Assembly (NCBI GenBank): GCA_043228905.1
Contig: JBHGNT010000008.1
Span: forward strand, 16,430,001-16,494,000
Direction: 5' to 3'
Length of the DNA: 64,000 nucleotides
Source: Azolla caroliniana
Lineage: Eukaryota; Plantae; Polypodiophyta
Part shown: piece after piece, positions 11,118 to 24,994 of the stretch
Numbering within the stretch: position 1 is the first letter of the stretch
How the letters are laid out: each line of letters begins with the position of its first letter
The notes under the pieces: generated by a model
Database searches by the model: none
What the model was told of the DNA's origin: nothing
What the model saw: the letters and a program-made list of their open reading frames with translations, nothing else
Translations under genes and position numbers: made by a program

Positions 11118-14100
11118 TCAATCAAAATTATGTGTTTTGGTTGGATGCAAGAATAGACTCCAAAAAGTTATTGGGCTCACCAATTCCAACACAACTTGAG
11201 CTTTGTCATTAAGAGGAGTTGAGTGGACATTGCCGATGGTGGAGAAAAAAACCTCTTGTGCTTTTATCACCAAAGTCATCCCCTCCTCCTGATGCTCATA
11301 TCTACCAACTAGGGTCTGCCATGATAGCCAAATTATATTTCCCCACTTGATTGAGCTTTGCACCTGGCATAATTGCAACAAACGGCCAACCCCCCGCCAT
11401 ATTCGATGGGACATTGGCAGTCCCACAAAGCATGTCGTATTGATTCTACTACATTTGGGCACTTTACACAATTAGGAGAGCTAAGGTTCCCACGTTGCCA
11501 TGCTCCCACTGGTAGTGACCCAATCTAGTTGTGAATTGGAAGAAAGGGATGGGTTTGCTTCCTTGCCCCGTGTAAGGATCACGCCATGTCCATTGCAAAG
11601 GGTCCCAACTGACCTTACATAGCCATGTGTTTTCATCAGTACATATGTGCCAATCGGCTTGTACTTTCATCGGATCAGGATATACAATCCATTTATGACC
11701 AGTATAGGCGAGTACTCGAATTGCATTATTCTGCGTTGGTGTCTCAGTGTCTCGCAATTCAGAGCCTTCGATCCTGTCTGGTGTTCCCCTACCTCTCAGG
11801 ATCAAATATCCCTCCTCCTCATAGCCTATCCATTTCTCCATTGTCGTCCTTTGAGTGGTAGCTTCCCCAATCAGTAGAGCGTTAATGATTTCCGATCTCA
11901 TAGTCCATCTGCCCCTGATTCCATGGAGTATGTTGGCTTGATCTTGTAGTGGCAGTGACATAAACCGTCTCCAACATTCTATACGTTTTCCTGGACCTTC
12001 TGCAATGTATCCCCATGACAATCCCTTAATTGATCCAAGTAGTTGATGAGATTCGTCCTTGATACATGGGTTCCATAGGATACGTTGATTGAGCCAGGCA
12101 AGTTCGGAACTCGGATGATCGCACTTGAGCCCTCGTCTAATGTCACACCATGCCTTCCACATGGATGCACTGAATCTATCCTCCAATTGACGGAGAAACT
12201 AGGTTTGAGATCCATGTTTAGAATCCATCCTGTTTGGGGGGCCCAATGGACCCATTTTCATGTCCTAAAGTAAGCGAAACGTAACAGCAGAAGCATTTTC
12301 CAACAGTCATTTCCTAGTTGGAGTCCTTGCACCACAAATTTGGCAAGTAAGGCTTTTGATTGTGAGAGGGGATCAATAAGACCCAATCCCCCTCTCAACT
12401 TAGGTGTTGTGAGTATAGGCCACGCCACCTTGGCGTGAGTTACATGATCTTCCTTACCAAACCAAATGTAGTTGCGTACCAGTCGTTGAATCTGAAGTAT
12501 AATTTCCTTGGAGATTGTCCAACATGATAGACTGTACCATGCTATTGCGAGTAGTACCTGGTTTGCCACTATGATGCGACCCGCTAGCGATAGTTTTTTC
12601 GAACTCCAATGTATCAACTTTTGTCAAATGGAATGGATAACGGGTGCAATCATAGTCTCTGACGGTATGTTGAAACCAATTTGGAAACCCAAATATTTGG
12701 TGCTCGCTCCTTGAGTGATCCATTTGAAAGTGAGATGTGGGTGCCAAGAAGGATGTGTTTCATGAGAAAGCCATATTGCACAAGATTTGTGCCAATTGAT
12801 CATGGCATTGGATCTCTTGGAGAAGACGGCTAACCCACTTTCTAGCTTTTGTAGGTTTTCCAAGTCCCCTTGTAGGTAGACCGTTGTGTCATCTGCAAAT
12901 TCTATATCCAGCATGCTTTGGTGAGAATGAGGCACGGGAAGACCACGTAGGTTGAGATGCCACAAGTTGAGAAAGCAAGAGAGTGCTTCGGCGTATAATA
13001 GAAATAAGGAAGGAGCTAGTGGGCATCCCTGTCGCACATATCAGGATATTCGGAAAAAGGGGCCCCTTTCACCTGCCAATGAAACGCAATTGTTGCCATT
13101 CCTATAAAGTCCTGCAATGCCTTTGATCCACGTCTCTTGAAAGCCGAGTTTCCCCATCACACTTTCTAGAAAGTTCCAACATACTCTATCATATGCTTTC
13201 TCAAAATCTAGTAGCACCACTGCAACCTTGTTGTTGGTACGCTTGGCAAGGGCTACTATTTCCCAAAATGAGAAGAGGTTGTCTAGGATGCTCCGATTTC
13301 TAACGAAACCTATCTGGGATGGATGAATGAGTTGAGAGAGAAGTGGTGTTAAACGACGTGCCACGATTTTTGCTAGAAACTTGTTACAGACAGTGTTGAG
13401 AAGAGTTATGGGCCACCACTTGCTAATGTTGTTGGCACTCCCATCACTTTTAGGAATGAGATGTATCATCCCCTGTCCAATTTCCTCGAGCATGTTTCCA
13501 GAGGTGATGATTTCCTCATATGCCTGGAGGAGGTCTTCTTTAATAGTGTCCCAAAGGCATGTGAAAAAGTGAGGGGTGAGGCCGTCGATTCCGAGGCAAC
13601 TATCTACATCCAAATCAAAGAGGGCCTCCCATATCTCAATGATTGATAGGGGACGCATGAGCCATGTATTCATTTCCTTCGTGACTTTCTCGGGTATGCT
13701 TTGGAGGATAATATCTTCTCTTATGTATTCCCATGTGGCCATAGTATCTTCGGTAAGTAGGCACTTATAGTAACTTGTGGCAAAATTCCTCATTTCGTCG
13801 CCATCCTTAGTGGTCATTCCATCCTCTCGGTTGAGGCTGCGCATCATTGTTCTAACGTGCCTAGGCCTTTGGAGTGGAAGAATTCCTTCGTGGTTTTGTC
13901 CCCTACTCAAATCCATCGCGCCATGCTTCCATGAAACTCCATGTCATATATTTCCTTTTCCGCCATGCCGAGTTCATGTTTGGCCATGACAACTTGTCCT
14001 GCGATCCAACTACATGACGGGTATCTTTGTTGGAGTCGTTGTAAGGCTATTAGTCCCCGTTTTGTCCTCTGTCACTTTTCCTGAGCATCCTTGCTTCTGG

Positions 14101-15830
14101 TCTTGACAATCTCATGTAGGAGAGTTGAAACTCTTGTTAATTTAGCTAGAAGTTTGTCAAATGCTAATGAGTCATTGATGGGTAATGACCATTGGTTGAA
14201 GAGTTGTTCCTTCACCTCTATAACTGTGTAAATAGTGTGTGGGATGCGAGGCTGGAATGGGCCCCATTTTCGGTGCAATTGAAAATGACCAACGACCGGG
14301 TAATGGTCAGAGAAATTCATGCCTGGAGTTATGCGACACCACCCTCCCTTCGCTTCTAGAGCCTCACCCACATCAATGCGGTCAATACGAGATAGGGTGG
14401 GTCCGCTATTCCGCCCGTCTGATCGACAGAATAAGAGAGAGTCCCTTTTTTGTTGGAAGTTGTTAGAGTGCCAGATGTCTCGCAGGTTAAGGTGTACACA
14501 TAACTTCTCCCATTGTTTACATTCCCTTCCTTGTAGATCTATGGGGTTGTTGGAGCTATCGTGAATGGATTCGATCATATTCAAATCCCCTCCAATGCAC
14601 CACTCTTTCGCATCCGCTACTTGTAGGCGGATGCGTTCCCAGAATGTTTCCCTTTCTGTTCTGTTATTTGGAGCATAAACATTCATGAAATTCCAGCATT
14701 GCCCTTTGATGGCAACATGCAAAAATGTGCCCTACCAAGTATAAGCGATTCCTGGTGTATTAAGCCTTGGGCTAGATGTTCCCGAATCAAAGTGCAGATA
14801 CCACTATGATTTCCATCCTCCCCTATTGTTGGCTCCCAAATTGTTCGCCATGATCTTGGTAGAAAGTCTCCAACTTCCTTTGACTACGTGCTATCGAGGT
14901 GGTGTTCCTGCAACATGATGATGTCAACAACACTCCCTAATAAATATTCCTCAAGATCCCTTCTCAGTTTCCATATGTTTTGTTGGTCTAGTCGACTTCT
15001 GAGCCCTTGCACATTCCATGTTACAATCTTCATACTCATGGAATGGGTTGGGAGATTGCCAGTTGTTCCTAGTGCTTTGCACAACAGGTCATGAATGGGG
15101 AGCACTCACCATTTAGACATCCAGTCATTTCCAGGGATGGAATGCTAGTCCAAATCCAAGAGTGGAGTTTGTGGGCTATCCGGTGAGCTTCAATAGTCCG
15201 CTAGCATTAGTTCTTTAGCCTGTCCGCTAGCATTAGTTCCTCGTCCAACATCATACCCAAGGAGTTTCCAATAATAGGAAGTAACATGTTGTATTCTAAG
15301 GATAATCTCAGAAACAACATTGTTACCTTTTTCATGGAATCATCATGTTGCGCGGCTTTCTTTGGGTTAAAACCATGTGTCCATTTACTCATGAATAACC
15401 ATGTGTTTCGGACCTGGCAGGGAGATATTGCTATGAGGTTCGTTGTGGAATCCTTGTCCTCTAGTATGATTTGATAGGAACCTTTACCAAGCGGTTCGAC
15501 TTCTTTTATACCACCTATTTGTGAATGAAATTTAGCTTGCAGCATATCTCGCAACAATCCTCTGTTTGGTCGTGATCCCATCAAACGGCATATGACCACT
15601 ATTTGCTCAAGGCGCTCTATCTCTTGCTCAAGCAGAAGCATTTCTTCGTTGTTGAAAATAATCTCAACAGGACCCCCGCTATTAGAGTTGTTTTTATCTT
15701 GCATTTTTCTGTTATTGATCGAGGGGCTTGTTTGTGCTATGTGTTCAATAGTGGCGATGTTCGAAGTTTCCATGACTGACAGAGTCTTCCAATGTGTTTG
15801 GCGGGGGGGGGGGGGGGCGGGGGGCAGTAG
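11118..15830 (-). mobile_element. L1-clade LINE, near full length, inactivated by stops and frameshifts
   Basis: ORF1-like 15207-15773 (DUF4283-type); AP endonuclease (IVTWNVQGL, MLQEHH, NVYAPN, GGDLN, SRIDRI, SDHYPV) 14072-15031; RT (PITLLN, LDFEKAYDRV, RQGCPLAPSLF, FADD, KYLGF) 12258-13916; C-terminal remnants down to ~11118; AG-repeat at the 5' end. Confidence 0.93.
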
Positions 15831-15833
15831 GCG

Positions 15834-15892
<59 letters not shown>

Positions 15893-16099
15893 TGGGGGGG
15901 GTAGTAGTCGGACTTGTAGTTTTTGGTTTACAAGGGTGGGGGCCCGACTACTCGAACTGTGGTTGGGGTGTGGGGTCCCACTTTTATTTTTATTTTTTTT
16001 GGGGGGGGGCTTTTTCCTTTGGTTGGTCCCATTGTATGAAATTTTGGGGCACTTTTTGAACTGTATGAATGAATTAGTTTCAAGCCTCTGCTCCGATGC

Positions 16100-17900
16100 T
16101 CCTCCGCTTCATTGGAAGCATTTTCATTAAATATATAGTTATTGAGGAAAGGTTATTGGACATATTTCGTAGCATCATTTGAAAGCTCTAAGAGGTCTTC
16201 TACGCATACTCGTATCTTTTGACCATTTTTTTATGTCAACTACCCACCCAAACATATGATAGGATTTTGCTCTTGTGCTTTTTTTGTAGTTTATATCTAA
16301 CATTCCAAGCAAGATTTGGTTTGAATGGTGAACAATGTGATCGTACCAAGTTTTATGGAAGCAATGGTTCAAATAATGGACAATGTGATGGGCTCTAACA
16401 TATCTTGTTGTGTACATTTTCCTCCTTTAATAGGATTTTGTAATTAGGTGCAACATATATAGTTTGAAACTTTTAAGTGTGAAATATAAGCCTCCATGTT
16501 TGGCTTATCTTGTGATATATTGGTGTTGCAAAAAGCCCTCATTAACAAATGAATCTATTGATGCATCATGAAGCAAGTGTGACGTAACCCATTTTTCAAA
16601 CCATGTTTTTATATCATGTATCTTTTTTATGTTCTTTTGGGTTTTTGTGTATTTCCTATGCAATTCTTTGAAGTCGATGTAAGGAACTTTCTTGAACCTT
16701 AATAATGTACCCCACAACACATTTCATGGCCATGGTCTCAATGGGAAGTGATCTTCGCCTCAAGAAGTAGAAACTTTACAAGAGAATGCCTTTGAATGTT
16801 TTTAAACTCTTTCCAAGAAGACTTCGGGATGTTATTGCCCTATTGTAAATCATTTTTAAGGACCCATTGAACTTTTTCACCATTGCAAATGTTCTCCAAG
16901 TGCATAATAAGCTTTTTCCCACCTCTAAGTTACTATGATTTGGGGGAATTTCAAGGCTAAGGTATTTAAAGTTTTCCATGGTTTCAAGTGCTCATTATTG
17001 TACATAATGCATGATTTATCCTTACTTGGGTTCTTCACAATCATGATTCATAATCTCAGATTTAGAGCTATCAACACTTAAAATACATGCAAAACTCTTC
17101 CATTGACCACATAAGCTTTAATGCATCTTTTAGTAGTTGCAAAAGCACCACATTATTTGTAGACAATAGAAATATGATAACAAACATTCCCAATGACAAC
17201 TTCTTCAATGCCTTTTTACTTCACAAATTTGACAACCATTTGTTCTAATCCAACAAAACTATGTATGTATAGAGGAAACAGAGTTTGTGAGAATGTGCAT
17301 CCTTCCTTGCTTAGCACCAATAATGTTATTAGAAACATGGAAAATTCCACCATATAACCTTTCCGAAAATTGCAAGCCAATATTCATTTAGTACCCTAAA
17401 GATTAACATAGATTGCAATCTTGCAAGAACATGACTACTACCAAGCCAATGTGCCTTTTAACTGCAATTTCCATGAGACTTCTGCATTGCGCACTAAGTA
17501 TACTCATCACCACTTTGTGGTCCTTGGCTGTTGAATTAATCCACTCACCAAATTACCATCAAGATCATGCCCACTCCAAAAATGAAAATGAAAGTTCATT
17601 CTCGGGTCTTGGCGAAAGGTCAAAACAAATTGGATTTGTGCTCCCCACTTGATTGTATCCAAAAGAGTTAAAGAGGTGATTAAGGAATACATCATTAATG
17701 GACAAAAGTACCAAGCCTTTTGAAGATGGGAAAGATAATTATGGTAACACTTACTGCAATGACACATTGGTACTCCATCATTGTTAACAAGACATGGAAT
17801 CAAGAAGAATGATGAAATATTATGATCCAAAGTTACTAAGACTTTGATTGATATGCATAACATCGACAATGCGATTAGAATGAGCGCATCCATCGATGAT
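16100..17900 (-). mobile_element. CACTA/EnSpm transposase (TNP2-like) remnant
   Basis: Broken frames including RCIKAYVVNG (17100-17127) resembling the DUF4216 region; shares sequence with 11018-11075; no termini found. Confidence 0.5.
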
Positions 17901-18301
17901 TATGATAGGCATGCAGGAACTGTTAATGTTATATTGATTATGATAGGGAGGCAGGAATTGTTAATGACTAAGTAAGTTAGGGTTTAGGAGTATTGAAGAT
18001 CATTTTAGGATAGTTGGAAGGATGATCACACCATGAAATAAAATGAAAACCATGGTGACAAAGTGGTAAGACAGAGAAAGAATGGGTGTCTACTAGAGGC
18101 AGAGAGATCCATGAGCAATATTGAGACCAAAGGAATCATGATTAAGTTTGGGTAAATTACAAAATTTGAGAGATATTATGCCAAACTGGTATTTGGATAT
18201 ATTATGTCAAATGGTATCAGCAGGGATTTTAATCATGGTGTGTGCCATGTCAATTCAATTGGGGGGATTGGGGAATTGATTAGAATGATGAATCATGGAG
18301 A

Positions 18302-18934
18302 TTAATCAGCATGCAGTGTGGAGGTGATTGATGGAAATGGAGGGTTAGGGATTGTGGAAGTAGATTGCAACATAAACTGTAGATTTGAGGAGGGGAAATG
18401 GTGATTCGGAGGACATGGCGAGACGCTACGCGAGCGAGAAGAAGAACTCGAATGAGTAGCAGGAAGAGGATCGGTAGGAGGATGGGAATTGGTGGTGGTT
18501 TTGATGAATTGGATGCACCTGGCAATGTCGTCGGGATGGCAGTTATGATCCATGGTAGGAAGAAGAAGATGGCTGTTTGTACTCTTCTGTTCATGGTGAT
18601 GGTGATGGCGATGGTGGTGCATTAGGTTAAAGAGATGGATATGGTGGTCCAAGGGGAACAGACACTGCATACTGCCAAACAGATGGGCATGCCTCCTTGG
18701 ATCAACACTGCTCTTGGTCTTTGTCTTCTTCAGAGAGGAGGAGGAGGAGGAGTGAAGCAAGGTATGCCATGTCTTCTTCACCTTCTTGATCAATCTCACC
18801 ACACCAAGCCTTTTGAAGACATTACCACCATTTGAATTGTCTGCAGAAGAAGAAGAAGAAGAAGATGATGATGATGATGATGAAACCTTGCCTCCTCCTT
18901 TTCTTGAAGAACTGCTACTCTTTGATTTTGCCAT
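18302..18934 (-). CDS. Single-exon Ser/His-rich disordered protein with the plant 'josephin-like' motif (210 aa)
   Basis: Open 210-codon frame starting in GAGATGGC context; basic helix VFKRLGVVRLIKKVKK and DDIARCIQFIK match the recalled AIADCIEFIK motif of small plant proteins annotated josephin-like. Confidence 0.6.
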   Translation of the reverse strand: MAKSKSSSSSRKGGGKVSSSSSSSSSSSSSADNSNGGNVFKRLGVVRLIKKVKKTWHTLLHSSSSSSLKKTKTKSSVDPRRHAHLFGSMQCLFPLDHHIHLFNLMHHHRHHHHHEQKSTNSHLLLPTMDHNCHPDDIARCIQFIKTTTNSHPPTDPLPATHSSSSSRSRSVSPCPPNHHFPSSNLQFMLQSTSTIPNPPFPSITSTLHAD

Positions 18935-19095
18935 CTCCTGTGTCTGTTCTGTTTCACTTCATCTTCTGTGGCATGCTTTGGTGACCCAAGCACAGCCCAA
19001 GAACAAGATTTTCCTGAAGAAAAGGCCATGGATTTATCATCTTCTGCTCTGCTCTGTTCTGTTCTGTTCTGTTCTGTTCTGTTTGTGGGCAGTTT

Positions 19096-19430
19096 GGCTT
19101 CTTGGGCCACACTTTCTCTCTAAGGTCATGGGTTCAAATCCTGCTATGAACACCTCTCTCTCCAAGGTCATGGGTTCAAATCCTGCTATGAACACCTTCC
19201 ATGCTTTGATAATTAATTTATAGATTACATATGTTATGTGTTTGTGCAAGAATCCGTCCTCTTGAAACTAGTTTGTTTGTTTTTTTCTTCTTGGGCCACA
19301 CATTTCTAAGGTCATGGGTTCAAATCCTGCCTTGAACATCTTCCATGCTTTGATGATTTTGTAGATTACATATGTTGTGTGTTTGTGTAAGAATCCATCC
19401 TCTTGAAACTAGTTTGTTTGTTTTTTCACA
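19096..19430. repeat. Tandem duplication (~150-190 bp) containing three AAGGTCATGGGTTCAAATCCTGC units
   Basis: Units at ~19122, ~19163 and ~19308; the flanking CTTCTTGGGCCACAC...GAAACTAGTTTGTTTG block occurs twice. Confidence 0.9.
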
Positions 19431-21059
19431 CTTTAGTGTGTTTCCTTGTTACATAGTTCTAGCCATCACCATGCTTCCTTTCTTTCTAATGCTTCTTCTG
19501 GTAGTAGTACTGCAATTTCGAGTAGCTCAACTTAGGCCAAAACCCGTAAGAAAAGGGATGAAATGGGGAAAGCCCCCCCTGTAAAACAGGTAGCCTTGTT
19601 ATCTGTACCAGAAGCCAGAACAACTGATTGCCGGTTGGAAGAACTTGTCCTCTACTTCCAATGTTCGGTTATGCCATGAATGAGTCAATGTGCACACGCA
19701 CGCACACACACTCACTCACCCACCAGAATAAATAGCTTTGGATACTTGCCAACATTCTTCCCCAATGTTATTGGAAACTTCATCATACACATTATTATTT
19801 TTTGTCGTTGTTTTATTATCAACTTTGAATTCTTTAGGGATATTCTTGTCCATTTCTCTCTACATGCAAGCTCGGATGATGGAAATTGTTCTGGTCAATT
19901 TTGAATGTTCCAAAGTGTACTATGGTCAATATTTCCTAGCAAGCTCCAAGGATGGGAGATCTTTGTGAGTACCTTGTACTCCAGTTGATCTTGTAAGCTT
20001 TTAGTTGTATTCAGGTAAATATTTTCTAGCAAGTTAAGAGTGTTTTAGACATTTTTCCCTTGAGTATAATTGAAAGACTTTGTTCACATCATAGGGTTTG
20101 AATTTCCATGTTACAACGGAACACTGCCCTCGTGAACTCAAAAATCTACCTTTACATGTTTATTTTTCATATAGCATTATCCACCCCATCACAAATCTAT
20201 GGCATTAGAAGTCTAGTTCCTTTTTCCTTTATTTTGACCAAACCTCAATTAGTCATGCTAATTCTGACAACGGTTTATTCATAATAACATCATTGAGAAT
20301 CTAAATGAAATCCTCTCAATTAATGTTACTATGATGACTCAATTGCCAACCCCTTTCAAATCAATTAAGGTATACCTATCATGTGCATGAGGTGATCACT
20401 GATGATATTATTAAATTGAACTACTTCATTTCAAATCAGTCAGTGAACATTATGCGCACTTTTATTTTTATCGCATCAACTCATATAGAGGAAGTATGTA
20501 CATCGTTGGCAAAGCCAAAGATAATTTTTATGTAATACACACACACACACACACACACATGGGAGTATCCTCTAGGGTATTATGTTCCCAATAATTTGCT
20601 TATCTTTTGTAGGTCTACATCTTAAGACATCAAATGATCAAGTATTAGCATGATGTCTGATATTTTTGGAACACCTTACATGACCCACATTAGAGTCCAA
20701 GATTATATGAAGGGGATAATCTATCAACTCTCACATCACGGTCTCAGGTGCAAGATTTCTAGTTCAATTACTAATGTGGTTGGTAGCAACCTTGATCTTT
20801 CAATGGTATAAGATGGATATTATGTCATAGGCCAATATATGCTACTAGACTATCATGGATGATTTTTTTTTGTGGTCGTGGAGGTTCCCCCTTAACTAAA
20901 GGAGAGGAACTCAAGAAAATTATAAAACCCCAAAAGAGGGTAAATATTTAACTCTCGAAAAACAATCTCTAAACCCCAAGGCCTCCTAGTACAATAGCTC
21001 AATGTTTTGTTTATATTTTCGTCCTACAGTTCATGTTTCGAGCTCAAGTCACTAAGATC

Positions 21060-21250
21060 AACATCCCTCTCTTTTTTTCTTTGTCTTTTTTCTCAAATGT
21101 ATGTTCATATTAAAGTAGCACGATGATACAAAAAACCCTTGCTATCTGAGCCGAGCCAATATCAATATCCCTCTCTCTTGTTTTATTTTTTTGTTCTCAA
21201 TTGTATGTTCATATTAAAACAACATGATGGTAAAAAAAAAGCATTGCTAT
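21060..21250. repeat. Imperfect ~105-bp tandem duplication
   Basis: ATCCCTCTCT...TGTATGTTCATATTAAA...TTGCTAT occurs twice. Confidence 0.75.
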
Positions 21251-21859
21251 TCTTATTATAGAAGTAAGGATCTCATGGTAAGGTAAAGACTTTTAGGTGG
21301 TGCAATAGTATGTGTCATAAAGGCTACTCCTCAAGAGACAAGAAATCCACATAGATTAGTTGTGAAATTTCCCAAATCAATTTTCCTTTTAACCTTTGGA
21401 ATTATGTTATACTCAATGGAAACCATCAAACAAGAACCCATAAGTGTACAACATACCTTGATACTTAAGGTGGTGAAAGAAATATTATGTGATGATGAGG
21501 ATAAAGATTTGGTTCCCTGAACAAAAACCTACTAAAAAGGTAACAAAACATCCCAAGTTAACAATGGCCAAAGTTGAAACATAACAATCCAAATTGCCTA
21601 AATAGTTGGGCATGTAAGGAGTCCACGATTGGCATCCTCTTAAATCATTGTACAAAAAAACATGCCCCATCAAAAACGTGTTGGTGCTTTAAAGCCATTG
21701 GCAAAGTCAACTCACCCACCATCAGTGTTGCCTTTTGACGGCTAACATTGCCTGTCATGAGAACGGTATTCCAAAAATTTTGCCCGTCAAATTGACGGTT
21801 TGTCAAAAAAAATGCCCTTCAAAAAGTAAATACATCGAATATTTGTACGAAACAATATA

Positions 21860-24098
21860 TTATATCCTTCTATCCTTTGCATCTTTCCAAATTTCATGTA
21901 CACGATCCCATTGTATTTCTTCAATGCGTGGCCCATTCAATGAGACTCGCATTAAATCATCTAAATGCTCTATATTCAATCGATTTCTTTTCATCTCTTT
22001 GATGAGATTTTGCTTAGAGAACCCTCTCTCACACGAAACTGTGCTAGAAGGAATAACCAAAGTAGCTTGCCATAATTTCATCAAATGAGGGAAACTATCT
22101 TGCCAATCCTTCATTTTGCAAAACATACGCCAAGCTTCATGCATAGTATAGCCTTCACAATTTAAACGTAAAGTGTCAACAAACCTATAGAGTTCCATTT
22201 CACAAGCCTTTGCATCATGTGAAATTTGAGGACATGCATTGACATCAACATTTGGCTGTAAGTGAGAAATCAAAATTCCCAACCATGTCTTTGCTTTACT
22301 ATCCCTAATCACATCATCATCTGCATAATGGCATGGGCTGAATAATTTTGCTGCATTGAAGAGGCTTAAGTCAGGGAATCTTGCATTTAGTCCATCAATA
22401 ACATTTTGCACATAATTTTGAGATAGTTTAATACAACTTTCAAGTGATCCATCTATAAATGGCCTCATTCCCTTAGATTTTGCAATATTGGGATTTGGAT
22501 CATTTTGACTTGCTTTATCCATAGGAATTTGTTTGAAGTATAGTTCATGTCTATATGTAACGCCATCTTTATCCTCTATTTCCAAAAACCCAACTTTAGA
22601 ACATCTTAAGAACTTGGATAAATACATTGTTCCATCCGCAAATGTGTCATTTCTCAAGAAAGACCTCCGCAAATTAGAAATTGTAATATCAATTTCTGCA
22701 CCAATTGAAGTTACATCCAAATTCTCTTTTTGAAGTTTCAAGCTCAAGATATTCATCAAATGCAACACATCAGCCATCATACAAAAGCAAAATTGCACAC
22801 TATAGATACAAGCTTTATTATACCACTCGTTTAAGTTCTCTTTCTTCCAAATAGTAAGTATTGCAGGCATTATACTCACTAGTCTTTCCATGACTTGACC
22901 ACGTGACAACCAACGAATATTATGAATTTGTAATGGTCTATGAGCATCCAATTGCATTTGTTCCAAGAGCTCTAAAATTTCATGTGTCCTTTTGGTACTA
23001 TTGTTAGCCCATGCATATACCTTATTTGCAATTTTTTCTACAAGAATGAGCTCAGGGATATCTTTAGATACATCTGAAATAACCAATGCTTCTCTATGAG
23101 CAATACAATGTACACCAACCAAATTTGGGATATCATTTTTCATTAATGTTACTGTTCCAATTTCACTACCAATCATTGATGATGCACCATCAGTTGCCAA
23201 TCCGATCAACTTGTTCATGTTGAGGCATCGATCGCCTAATAGATGCTTAACATGTTCATATATAGTTCTACCTTTACCATTGGGAATTTTCAGCAAACCC
23301 ATATATTCAGTTTGCTTAGGCCCACAACCACCACATTGCAAATATGTAACATACATAATGAGATGCAACTCTAATCCATTGTCAGTACTTTCATCTAGCA
23401 TCAAAGAGTAGTATGGGGAATATTAGGTTTGAGCTTTAAATTTCTAGAAGATATTTCCCGAAGGCAACCAAAAATTCATATCCCCCATATCTACTAGTAT
23501 AAGATATATAATCATGTTGCTTAGGCATATTAGGCACCTCTAGTAGCACAGCCAAATCACATAATTCTTGGTATGTAGCGATAGACAAATCTTTTTTTGC
23601 AATAAAGTACATGAGTTTCATTGTTGTTATGACCTTATTTTTGTTAATATCATCTAATTGTGATACATGCTTTGGGATGGACATTGCTTTCCCTTCAACA
23701 TCACATATCCACTTTGATGCACATAATTTATGACCACTTGAGTTGACATGGGTCAAAATTGCATCAAGTTGCAAAGTAATGCATCCAGAACCAAGACCCC
23801 AAGGCCCAGGACTAGCGTATTTCTCACACCATGCACATTTCATTAATGTTTTGTCTCCTTGCACAATGCATCTTATCCATGGGAATTTATCTCTCCATGC
23901 TTCACGGAATTTTCTCTTAGGCTTTTCTTTAGTTATATTAGAGGAACAACTCTCTCGAGTTAAACTCTCTAAATCAGTCCCAAACATATCCATATCCTCA
24001 TTTAAATCATTGTTTAGATTTATGTCATTGGTATCGTTGGGTGGTTTCCATGCAAACATCGCACTGATGGTTCGTTGGTTTTTTCTTTTAGGAGCCAT
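21860..24098 (-). pseudogene. hAT transposase with one premature stop and one frameshift near 23420-23438
   Basis: MAPKRKNQRTI start at 24098; zinc finger (W..KFPW, CAWC, H..SSGH); YYSLMLDESTD, TDGASSM, HCIAHR, RWLS; dimerisation motif PSSTVSCERGFSKQNLIK..RNRL. Confidence 0.92.
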
Positions 24099-24994
24099 AA
24101 TTATTCTGAATAAGAAGAAATGGGTCATGTAAGAAAAGATCATACCATCAGTTCAAAACAATCACTAGCATCATTAAACCCATACATATTAGTTATGACC
24201 TGTTGGGCAATGAGATTTTACATGAATATAATTCCCAAACTTTTGCCCTTAAAGAGGAGAGCAATACTAGTTTTGATGGACTAGTAAAAGAATTTGGGTG
24301 GATCAGAACAACAAGGGTTTGAAGTGGAGCATCGGGAATAGGAAAAAAGTCAATGGACGAGGCTCAAACTCAGATGTTAAGGTGTGAATGGGGGGGGAGT
24401 CACGTATTAGAATTTAGAACAAAAATACGAAGGGTATCAGCTGTAATTACGTGATACTACACCAAAGGGTATTTTGTAATAATATTAACCCAATAACAGA
24501 TATTATTCTTCCAAATTCCAAGAGGAAATATTTTCCTTGAATTTATTTATTTATTTGTTGGTTTGTTTTTATGCTGTTTGTATTTTCGTCACTGCGAGTT
24601 GGACAGAGCTTGAAGGTCGAGAATAAAAGAAATAAAAAAGGAAAAGAGAAATAGAGAATAAATGTAATTTCTCTCTTTCATCTTCTTTTTGACTAAATTT
24701 TGCTTCTTTAGTTTGCTTGTTTTGGTCTAAATTTGGGTCTTCTATTTATAGAGACTCTCACCATTAGGGTTTGATATATCGTCTCAGTTCCTTGGATTGA
24801 ATTTCTGGAGATTTCTTTTCACCTATTTACAACAAACTATTTGTGAATTCTCGAAGAAATTTCATCGTATATATATACCTATATTATAGCTGGAGAAATC
24901 AAAGGGTATAGAAGAGCAAAAGGAAGTAGGGGAAACCAACATACTTCAGAAACTGGAGAAGAAAAATCAACCGGAAGAGCAAAATCTCCAGCCA

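Noticed and set aside
15800-15900. Poly-G and (CT)n as a special structure; also the ERERER and LSLSLS ORFs at 26285 and 30854
   Set aside because: Simple repeats that are common in plant genomes; the ORFs are microsatellite translations
23405-23440. Micro-intron rescuing the transposase frame
   Set aside because: No GT donor on the coding strand across the lesion
21860-24143. Domesticated ZNF862-like host gene
   Set aside because: Perfect TIRs, a TSD and disabling lesions identify it as a transposon copy
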